Source: an uncultured Thermoleophilia bacterium (GTDB lineage: Bacteria; Actinomycetota; Thermoleophilia; UBA2241). From it: a stretch of 64,000 nucleotides of DNA. The notes under the pieces are model-generated. The model was not told the DNA's origin, made no database searches, and saw only the letters and a list, made by a program, of their open reading frames with translations. The position numbers and the translations under genes are program-made. The stretch covers positions 736,001 through 800,000 of the forward strand of contig CAVPCT010000003.1 of assembly GCA_963702475.1 (NCBI GenBank), read 5' to 3'. How positions within the stretch are numbered: position 1 is the stretch's first letter; each line of letters begins with the position of its first letter. This document shows positions 1 to 7,681 of the stretch, one piece after another.

Positions 1-2
1 TC

Positions 3-1508
3 AGCCGCACCCTGGTCCGCCTTCTCCTGCTGGCGGCCGCGCTGGCCGGGCTTCTGGCCGCCGTCGCCGCTTCCGCGGGGGCGCGTCCCGGCCCGACGGG
101 CTCCGGTCTGCAGGAGACGCCCAAGATCCTGATCATCAGTGCTTCGGCGACGGGGGCCGGCAGCATCCAGCCGTCCGGGGACATCCAGGTGTCCTTCGGG
201 CGCAACATGACGTTCACGATGAAGGCCGACGCCGGCAGCCACCTGGCCGACGTGCGCGTTGACGGCGTGTCGGTGGGCACTCCGAGCACGTACACGTTCT
301 ACGAGGTCACACGGAACCACAGCATCTACGCGCAGTTCATCCCGGACGGGGTGGTCATCAAGGCCAGCGCCGGGCCTCACGGGTCCATCTCGCCCTCAGG
401 CGACGTGGTCGTCCCGCTCGGCGCCGACCAGGTGTTCACGATCACTCCCGACGCCGGCTACAAGGTGGCCGACGTGCTCGTCGACGGCAAATCCGTGGGT
501 GCAGTGGTCACGTACACCTTCACGAAGGTGGCGGTGGCGCACACCATCGCCGCCTCATTCACCCAGGCGAAGGTGGTCATCACCGCCAGCGTCGGGCCGC
601 ACGGCACGATCGCCCCTTCGGGGCAGGTGGAGGTGACCGCCGGCGCCGACCAGACCTTCACGATCACGCCGGACGCCGGCTACGAGGTGGCCGACGTGCT
701 GGTCGACGGCGCGTCGGTGGGCGCCGTGACCACGTACACTTTCGTGGCCGTCACGGCGCCGCACACCATAGCTGCGTCGTTCGCCGCCGTGCCTCCGCCC
801 GTCGTCAAGCTGAGCCCCTTCCTGACGCCCGGCCTGATCATCGGCAAGGGCTTCGAGGAGCAGGTGCTCTTCACCGTGCGGCAGACCCCGGGCGCGCAGG
901 CGCGCCCGCACCTGCCGCTTCTCGCGGCCGTCTCGCCGCCGCTCGACGTCACGGTGACGGTGCTGGAGCCGGGCGCCACAGCGGCCACGGCGGTCGCGGT
1001 GACGTGGTCCACGCTTCCGGACGGCAGCGTCGCGGCCTCGGGCACGCTGCCCGCCGAGCACAGCGGCGAGCACGTCCTCACCGTCGCCTACGACAGCCCG
1101 GGCGGCAGCGGGACCGCCTCTGTCAGCTACGCCGTCTCCGGGTACTTCGCGCCCGTCGACGGCCTCCCGTCCAGCGGCAGCGTCGACGTGAGCAGCACCT
1201 CGAGCACGGCCAAGAAGTCGTTCCCTCTGCGCATCAGGCTGCGCAACAACAAGGGCGGTCCGGTCCTCACCGCGAAGCCCAAGCTGTACATCTTCGATCT
1301 CGCCACCGGCGTGCGCGTCTTCAAGGCCACGGCCTTCTTCAAGCACCTCGGCAAGGGCAGGTACGGGTTCACGTGGTACCCCAAGAAGATGAAGCCGTTC
1401 CCCGCGTGGAAGGGCACGACGCGCACGGCGCAGCTGGTGATCCCGCTCTACACCTCGGGGGTGAAGAAGGGCAGCAAGACGATGGGCGACATCGTGGTCA
1501 AGTGGTGA
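3..1508 (+). CDS. Secreted/surface protein with three InlB B-repeat-like beta domains and a C-terminal PxKF-like Ig domain; 5' end lies outside the window
   Basis: Frame of ORF 189..1508 is open back to the window start and encodes a signal-peptide-like LLLLAAALAGLLAAVAASA. Three repeats of I-x-ASAGxxGxIxPSG...FTITPDAGYxVADVLVDG..YTF..V...HTIxAxF. Confidence 0.7.
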   Translation, partial: SRTLVRLLLLAAALAGLLAAVAASAGARPGPTGSGLQETPKILIISASATGAGSIQPSGDIQVSFGRNMTFTMKADAGSHLADVRVDGVSVGTPSTYTFYEVTRNHSIYAQFIPDGVVIKASAGPHGSISPSGDVVVPLGADQVFTITPDAGYKVADVLVDGKSVGAVVTYTFTKVAVAHTIAASFTQAKVVITASVGPHGTIAPSGQVEVTAGADQTFTITPDAGYEVADVLVDGASVGAVTTYTFVAVTAPHTIAASFAAVPPPVVKLSPFLTPGLIIGKGFEEQVLFTVRQTPGAQARPHLPLLAAVSPPLDVTVTVLEPGATAATAVAVTWSTLPDGSVAASGTLPAEHSGEHVLTVAYDSPGGSGTASVSYAVSGYFAPVDGLPSSGSVDVSSTSSTAKKSFPLRIRLRNNKGGPVLTAKPKLYIFDLATGVRVFKATAFFKHLGKGRYGFTWYPKKMKPFPAWKGTTRTAQLVIPLYTSGVKKGSKTMGDIVVKW

Positions 1509-1513
1509 GCTGA

Positions 1514-1557
1514 CGGCCGGGGGCGGCGGGCGCTCTTGCGCCCGCCGCCCCCGGCCG
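1514..1557. terminator. Perfect 20-bp GC hairpin between convergent genes
   Basis: cggccgggggcggcgggcgc-tctt-gcgcccgccgcccccggccg. Confidence 0.75.
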
Positions 1558-1586
1558 ACGTCAGACACCGGTGCTTCTCGCCCGCA

Positions 1587-3467
1587 TCACTCCTCGACCG
1601 CGCGCCCGCGCCCGCGTCGCATCAGCAGCGCGATCACGACGATGACGACGATCGCCGCGACGACGCCGACGATGATCCACGTCGTGGTGCTCGACCCGCC
1701 GCTCGTCTCAGTGGACGCCGTCTCCGCCACCTTGGGCTGTACCTCGAGGTAGGTGAACACCCCGGTCGTCTGGTTCAGCACGTTGCCGAACTCCGCCGGC
1801 GACCTGACCCAGCCGGTCCACTCGGCGGTGTTCCAGCCTTCGGTGTCGTTGTTGTAGGCGAGCAGCAGGTACGGCGACTGCTCGTAGATGATCTGCTGCA
1901 TCTTGTCGAGGATCGCCTTGCGCTCCACCGGGTCGATGGCGTGCAGCTGCTCCGTGTACAGCTCGTCGTACTCGGGGTTGGAGTAGGCGCAGTCGCTCCA
2001 GCCGCCGATCTGGTCGGTGGTGAAGTAGCTGGTCGCCTGTCCTGGGTCGATGGAGTTGTACCAGCCCCAGATGCACAGGTCGAAGTCCGGCAGGAACTGG
2101 TCGCCCTTCGTGTTATAGAGCTTGTCCATGAGGGCGCCGTTGTCCATGGTCTCGAGCTCGACCTTGATGCCGAGCTGGCGCAGCCAGCCGGACAGCATCT
2201 TGCCCTCCTGCTGGCTCTCGGCGCTCGACTGGCGCGACCAGAGTCTCAGCGTGATGGGCTCGCCCTGCTTGTCGACGCGCACCCCGTCTTCGAGCGGGTA
2301 GCCGGCGGCGGTAAGGGCTGCGTCGGCCTTGGCGAGGTCGAAGGCGTAGGCCTGGTCGGCTGGCGGGGTCCAGTGCCAGTCCGGATCGGTGTAGTACCCC
2401 GCGGTGATGATGGTGTCGGCCGGCCTGGCGTTGCCGTAGTAGACGATGGAGACGATCTTCTCGCGGTCCACGGCGTACTGCAGCGCCTGGCGGAACCTCC
2501 AGTCCTGTAGCACCGGGTTACCGAGGCTCTCGACGCCCTCGGGCGGGACGTAGCAGTTGAGCACCACGTCGTCGTAGCCGTTGTTGCGGATGGACTCGAC
2601 GGTGACGCCGGGGTCGTTCTCGAACAGCTGGATCTGCGAGTTGAGCATCTGGACGGCGCCGTCGAGCGTGCCGGCCTTGAGGTCCTGCGCCAGCGTGTCG
2701 TCGTTGGTGTAGCACTGGAAGATCAGCTCGTCGATGTGAGGAGCGCCCCGCCAGTAGTCCTTGTTGGCCTCCATGATCACGTAGCTGCTCTTCTTGTACT
2801 CCACACACTCGAACGCGCCGCTGCCGACGATGGGCGGCTTGTTGGAGTACGTCGTGCCGGCGAGCTCGGGCGAGACGTCCTTCCAGATGTGCTCGGGCAG
2901 GATGGGGATGGCGTTGAGCGCCAGCAGCATGTCGGCCTTGGGCTTGTCCGTGACGAACTCGACGGTCTTCGGGCCGACGGCGGTGACCTCGCTGATGCCG
3001 GCCGTGTAGCTCGTGTAGGCCGTCATGTCGTTCTCGATGATGTAGTCGTACATGAACTCGACGTCGGCGGACGTGACCGGCTGGCCGTCGTCCTGCCAGG
3101 TGGGGCCGTCGCGCAATGTGAACGTCCAGGTGAGGCCGTCGTCGCTCACCGACCAGTCCTCCGCCAGGCCGGTCTCTCTGGACGGCGCGAGCGTGGCCGG
3201 ATCGACCCCGACGAGGAAGTCGTAGTTGGTGGCGAAGATCAGGTACGACCCCATGACCTGGGCGACGAAGGGGTTGAGGTTGTCGGGCTCGCCGACGTAG
3301 CCGATGCGGAGGACGATCTTCTCGGACGACGCCGACGGGGTGGGGCTGGACGCGGCGGCCTGTCCCAGCCCGGCCGCCAGGCAGGCCGCGAGCAGCAACA
3401 GAAGCAGGACGACAGTGACGCTGAGCGACCGTCCGGTGTGGACGCGGTGACGAGTGCGACGACCCAT
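1587..3467 (-). CDS. ABC transporter family-5 (peptide/nickel) substrate-binding protein with C-terminal TM anchor
   Basis: Signal peptide, LAEDWSVSDDGLTWTFTLRDG..W.DG.PVTSADV signature, C-terminal hydrophobic helix plus Arg tail; GGAGG RBS. No permease genes adjacent. Confidence 0.9.
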   Translation of the reverse strand: MGRRTRHRVHTGRSLSVTVVLLLLLLAACLAAGLGQAAASSPTPSASSEKIVLRIGYVGEPDNLNPFVAQVMGSYLIFATNYDFLVGVDPATLAPSRETGLAEDWSVSDDGLTWTFTLRDGPTWQDDGQPVTSADVEFMYDYIIENDMTAYTSYTAGISEVTAVGPKTVEFVTDKPKADMLLALNAIPILPEHIWKDVSPELAGTTYSNKPPIVGSGAFECVEYKKSSYVIMEANKDYWRGAPHIDELIFQCYTNDDTLAQDLKAGTLDGAVQMLNSQIQLFENDPGVTVESIRNNGYDDVVLNCYVPPEGVESLGNPVLQDWRFRQALQYAVDREKIVSIVYYGNARPADTIITAGYYTDPDWHWTPPADQAYAFDLAKADAALTAAGYPLEDGVRVDKQGEPITLRLWSRQSSAESQQEGKMLSGWLRQLGIKVELETMDNGALMDKLYNTKGDQFLPDFDLCIWGWYNSIDPGQATSYFTTDQIGGWSDCAYSNPEYDELYTEQLHAIDPVERKAILDKMQQIIYEQSPYLLLAYNNDTEGWNTAEWTGWVRSPAEFGNVLNQTTGVFTYLEVQPKVAETASTETSGGSSTTTWIIVGVVAAIVVIVVIALLMRRGRGRAVEE

Positions 3468-3761
3468 GGTGGCCCTCCCTCCACTGGTGTCTGAGCGGGC
3501 GGCTCCGGGCGGAGTGACTTGGCTCCGGTCGGATCCGGAAGCCGCCCGTCAGTTCTGTATCGGCAGCTGGCGGCGGACGTATCACCCGGAGTGGGTGAAA
3601 CTGGGGCCGGGGGCCGGTGAGACGCGCCCCTCGAGCGACTGTTGTCAGTCCCCGGGGCGCGGACTAGCATCGGTCCCGGAGACAGGGTGGCGCCGGGCGG
3701 CAGGGCTTGACGCTGCGCCCGGCGCCCAGGAGGGGGTCCGCGTGGCGCAGCGAGCAGGACG

Positions 3762-6700
3762 GTGAGCGAGGTCCTCGTCTGCCCGTCCTGCCGGGCCGAG
3801 AACCCGCCGCGGGCGAAGTTCTGCATGGAGTGCGCCGCGCCGCTGGCCGCGCCGCGCCCCAGGCCGGCCGAGGAGCGCAAGGTCGTCAGCATCCTGTTCT
3901 GCGACCTCGTCGGCTTCACGGCCATGAGCGAGGCCGCCGACCCGGAGGACGTCGAGGCCGTGCTCGGTCGCTACCACGAGGTCGCGCGCCGCGAGATCGA
4001 GCACCACGGCGGCGTCGTGGAGAAGTACATCGGCGACGCCGTGGTAGGCGTCTTCGGGGTGCCGGCCGTGCACGAGGACGACCCCGAGCGCGCCGTGCGC
4101 GCCGGCCTGCGCGTCCTCCGGTCCTTGGCCGGCATCACGCGCCCGGACGGGACCCCGCTCGAGGCGCGCGTGGGCGTCAATACCGGCGAGGCCCTCGTGC
4201 GCCTGGACGTGGACCCGGCCTCGGGTCGCGGGTTCCTCACCGGCGACGCGGTGAACACCGCGGCGCGCCTGCAGGCGGCCGCTGCGCCGATGACGGTCCT
4301 CATCGGTGAGGCAACGCGCGCCCTGACCGATGGCCAGTTCGTCCTCGAGGGCCCGGAAGAGATCGCGGTCAAGGGCAAGAGGGACCGGCTCACCGTGTGG
4401 CGCGCGCTCGCTCCCGTCTCCTTCGCCGGCACCCGAGTCAGCCCCGGCGCCCTCTCTCCCTTCACCGGGCGCGAGGAGGACGTGGCAACCCTGACGGCGC
4501 TGTTCGAATCGGCCTGTTCCTCCGGGACGCCGCGTTTCGTGTCGATCGTCGGCGAACCGGGCATCGGCAAGACGCGCCTTGTGCACGAACTGCTTGCCTA
4601 CGTCGACGCCCGCCCCGGGCTCACGACCTGGCGTCAGGGGCGATGCCCGCCGTATGGGGAGGGTGTCAGCTTCTGGGCGCTCGCCGAAATCGTTCGGGCG
4701 CAGTGCGGGATCGTGGAGGCCACCGATGTGGAGGCGGCTCGCGCGCGCCTCGAGGACGCGGTGGCCGAAGGGCCGGACCACGACTGGCTCGTCGAGCGCC
4801 TGGGAGCGCTTCTCGGTGTCCCGGCTCCCTCCGCGTCCTTACCGGAGAGCTTCGCGGCGTGGTCACGGTTCCTGGAGTCACTGGCTGTCTCGCACCCGGC
4901 GGTCGTGGTCGTCGAGGACCTCCACTGGGCCGACGAGGCTCTGCTGGAGTTCCTGGGGCACCTGCGGGCACGGGCGACCTCGGTACCGCTGGTCGTGGTC
5001 GCGACATCGCGTCCCGAGGCCTCTCGTCGCCGCCCGTCGATCGGCGCTGAGGACGGCGGCGTGGAAGTCCTGACGCTCCGACCTCTCAGCCACTCGCAGA
5101 CCGCGACGCTCATCGGCAGCATCGCGGCAGGGTCGGCGGCTGTGGGTGCCGCCACGGAGGACATCGTCGAGCGCTCCGGCGGCAACCCGCTGTTCGTCGA
5201 GGAGTGTGTGCGGCTGCTCAGCGCGACAGCGGACGTGTCCGCCGTGCCGGCGTCGCTCGGTGCCGTCATCGCTGCCAGGCTCGACAGGCTTGGTCGTGAC
5301 GAGAAGGCCCTGCTGGCCGACGCCGCGGTGGTCGGGACCGTCTTCTGGGACGGTGCGCTGCGGGCGCTGGGGTCCAGGGAGTCGGGCGAGACGGACCGAC
5401 TGCTCCGCGCGCTCATGGCGCAGCGACTCGTCCGCTGTTCGACGGTCTCGACGCTCCCGGGTGAGCGCGAGTTCGCGTTCGCGCACGCACTCACCCGTGA
5501 GGTCGCGTATCGGCAGCTGCCGCGCACCTCGCGAGCGCACAAGCATGCCGCCGTCGCGCGCTGGCTGGGCGCTGAGGTCGATGACCGGCGCGGTGAGCTC
5601 GCCGATGTGCTGGCGTATCACTACTCCACCGCTCTCGAGCTGGCCACGGCCGTGCGCGACCCCGGCACAGCCGGGGAACTCACGGATCCGGCCCGCCGTG
5701 CGCTCGTCGCGGCCGGCGATCGCGCCGCCGACATCGACCTGCAGGCGGCGCGCCGGCACTACGAAGCGGCTCTGGATCTGACGCCGGCCGACGACCCGGG
5801 ACGTGGAGATATCGAGTCGAAGCTCGGCGAGGCTCTGCTGTGGAGCGGGCAGGTCCGGGAGGCGGCGCAGCACCTGACGATGGCGGCCGATCTGCTGCGG
5901 GCTGCCGGAGATCGTCGGCGAGCGGCCATCGCACTCGCCAGGCTCGCTCGCGCGCAGCACACACTGTTGAGCGACTCACAGGAGCGCGAGCTCTACGAGG
6001 AGGCCGTCGAGCTTCTCGCAGACGATCCCTGCGACGAGCTCGTCACCGTCCTCACCGAGCTGGGCCGCCAGCTCGGCAACGTGGGGCACAGAGAGAGGTC
6101 TCTCGATCTCCTGCAGGGCGCTCTCGACGTCGCCGCGTCGCTGGGTCTGCCTGTCCCGCCCCTGGCCCTGAACCTCCGAGGGATCGAGCGGATGGAGATG
6201 GGCGACCCAGCCTGCTTGGACGACTTCCGGGAGTCGCTGCGGCTGGCCGAGGAGCAGGGGCTCGTCGTCGTGCGGGAGAGGGTGTGGGGCAACTACGCGA
6301 GTCTGCTGACCGTCACCGAGGGGCCGCGGCGCGCCTTGGAGGAGTACGAGAAGGAGTTCGCGTTCGGGGTGTCTCACGGTCTCGTCGAATCGGTGACGTT
6401 CGGCCGGGTGAACCGGCTCGACCCGCTCGTGGCGGGCGGGCACTGGGACGAGGCGCTGCGCGAAGCCGAAGTCCTCAGGCTCGACGACAGCGTGATCGAC
6501 AGGGAATGGACGCGCCTGATGGTCGTCATGCCCTTGGTTTGGCGTGGCGACCTCGACACCGCCTCGGAGATGCTCGCTCAGGTCGGGACGGCGGGATGCC
6601 GCTACCAGGACGACGTCGTCCTTGCGAAACTCGGCGCGGCCACTCTGGCCGCTGCAGCCGACCTCGGGAGAGCAGCGGCGCTCCTCTGGGAGTTGCTCGG

Positions 6701-7154
6701 CGCGCATCCTCCCGGAGAGGATGCCGGGGAGATAGACATCGCCTGGCTCTACTCGCTGGTGCCTGATGCCGGCCGCATGGCCGTCGCCGCCGGCGACGTC
6801 GCGCTCGCCGACGCGATCCGCCGCCGAGCCGGCGGGGAGTTCCGCGGGAACCAGCTTGCGACCGAGACCCTGGACGCCCAGGTGAGCGAAGCGGAGGGCG
6901 AGCTCGAGTCGGCGGCGGCCGGCTTCTCCGCGGCCGCCGCCGACTGGCACGACTTCGGCGTGCCCTACGAAGAGGGGCACGCCCACTTCGGTCGGGGGCG
7001 CTGCCTGATGGCGCTCGGACGAGCGCCTGAGGCGGCAGCGCCTCTGGCCGCGGCCCGCGAGCTCTTCGCGCGACTCGGGGCGAAGCCGGCGCTGGCGGAG
7101 ACGGAGGAGTGGCTCGTGCGGGCCCTTGGCGGACCGTCTGGGGCGACGGGATGA
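3762..7154 (+). CDS. Class III adenylate/guanylate cyclase with double zinc ribbon, STAND/AAA ATPase and TPR region (copy 1)
   Basis: CPSC..FCMECA, ILFCDLVGFT, EKYIGDAV, GDAVNTAARLQ, Walker A GEPGIGKT, VVEDLHWAD, SGGNPLF, helical repeats. Confidence 0.92.
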   Translation: MSEVLVCPSCRAENPPRAKFCMECAAPLAAPRPRPAEERKVVSILFCDLVGFTAMSEAADPEDVEAVLGRYHEVARREIEHHGGVVEKYIGDAVVGVFGVPAVHEDDPERAVRAGLRVLRSLAGITRPDGTPLEARVGVNTGEALVRLDVDPASGRGFLTGDAVNTAARLQAAAAPMTVLIGEATRALTDGQFVLEGPEEIAVKGKRDRLTVWRALAPVSFAGTRVSPGALSPFTGREEDVATLTALFESACSSGTPRFVSIVGEPGIGKTRLVHELLAYVDARPGLTTWRQGRCPPYGEGVSFWALAEIVRAQCGIVEATDVEAARARLEDAVAEGPDHDWLVERLGALLGVPAPSASLPESFAAWSRFLESLAVSHPAVVVVEDLHWADEALLEFLGHLRARATSVPLVVVATSRPEASRRRPSIGAEDGGVEVLTLRPLSHSQTATLIGSIAAGSAAVGAATEDIVERSGGNPLFVEECVRLLSATADVSAVPASLGAVIAARLDRLGRDEKALLADAAVVGTVFWDGALRALGSRESGETDRLLRALMAQRLVRCSTVSTLPGEREFAFAHALTREVAYRQLPRTSRAHKHAAVARWLGAEVDDRRGELADVLAYHYSTALELATAVRDPGTAGELTDPARRALVAAGDRAADIDLQAARRHYEAALDLTPADDPGRGDIESKLGEALLWSGQVREAAQHLTMAADLLRAAGDRRRAAIALARLARAQHTLLSDSQERELYEEAVELLADDPCDELVTVLTELGRQLGNVGHRERSLDLLQGALDVAASLGLPVPPLALNLRGIERMEMGDPACLDDFRESLRLAEEQGLVVVRERVWGNYASLLTVTEGPRRALEEYEKEFAFGVSHGLVESVTFGRVNRLDPLVAGGHWDEALREAEVLRLDDSVIDREWTRLMVVMPLVWRGDLDTASEMLAQVGTAGCRYQDDVVLAKLGAATLAAAADLGRAAALLWELLGAHPPGEDAGEIDIAWLYSLVPDAGRMAVAAGDVALADAIRRRAGGEFRGNQLATETLDAQVSEAEGELESAAAGFSAAAADWHDFGVPYEEGHAHFGRGRCLMALGRAPEAAAPLAAARELFARLGAKPALAETEEWLVRALGGPSGATG

Positions 7155-7681
7155 GCGAGGTCCTCGTCTGCCCGTCCTGCCGGGCCGAGAACCCGCCGCG
7201 GGCGAAGTTCTGCATGGAGTGCGCCGCGCCGCTGGCCGCGCCGCGCCCCAGGCCGGCCGAGGAGCGCAAGGTCGTCAGCATCCTGTTCTGCGACCTCGTC
7301 GGCTTCACGGCCATGAGCGAGGCCGCCGACCCGGAGGACGTCGAGGCCGTGCTCGGTCGCTACCACGAGGTCGCGCGCCGCGAGATCGAGCACCACGGCG
7401 GCGTCGTGGAGAAGTACATCGGCGACGCCGTGGTAGGCGTCTTCGGGGTGCCGGCCGTGCACGAGGACGACCCCGAGCGCGCCGTGCGCGCCGGCCTGCG
7501 CGTCCTCCGGTCCTTGGCCGGCATCACGCGCCCGGACGGGACCCCGCTCGAGGCGCGCGTGGGCGTCAATACCGGCGAGGCCCTCGTGCGCCTGGACGTG
7601 GACCCGGCCTCGGGTCGCGGCTTCCTCACCGGCGACGCGGTGAACACCGCGGCGCGCCTGCAGGCGGCCGCTGCGCCGATG
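3763..7681 (+). repeat. ~530-bp near-identical direct repeat (3763-4292 vs 7152-7681) encoding the zinc ribbon and cyclase domain
   Basis: Direct comparison found one synonymous difference (ggg/ggc, Gly codon before FLTGD); identity ends abruptly after gctgcgccgatg. Confidence 0.95.
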
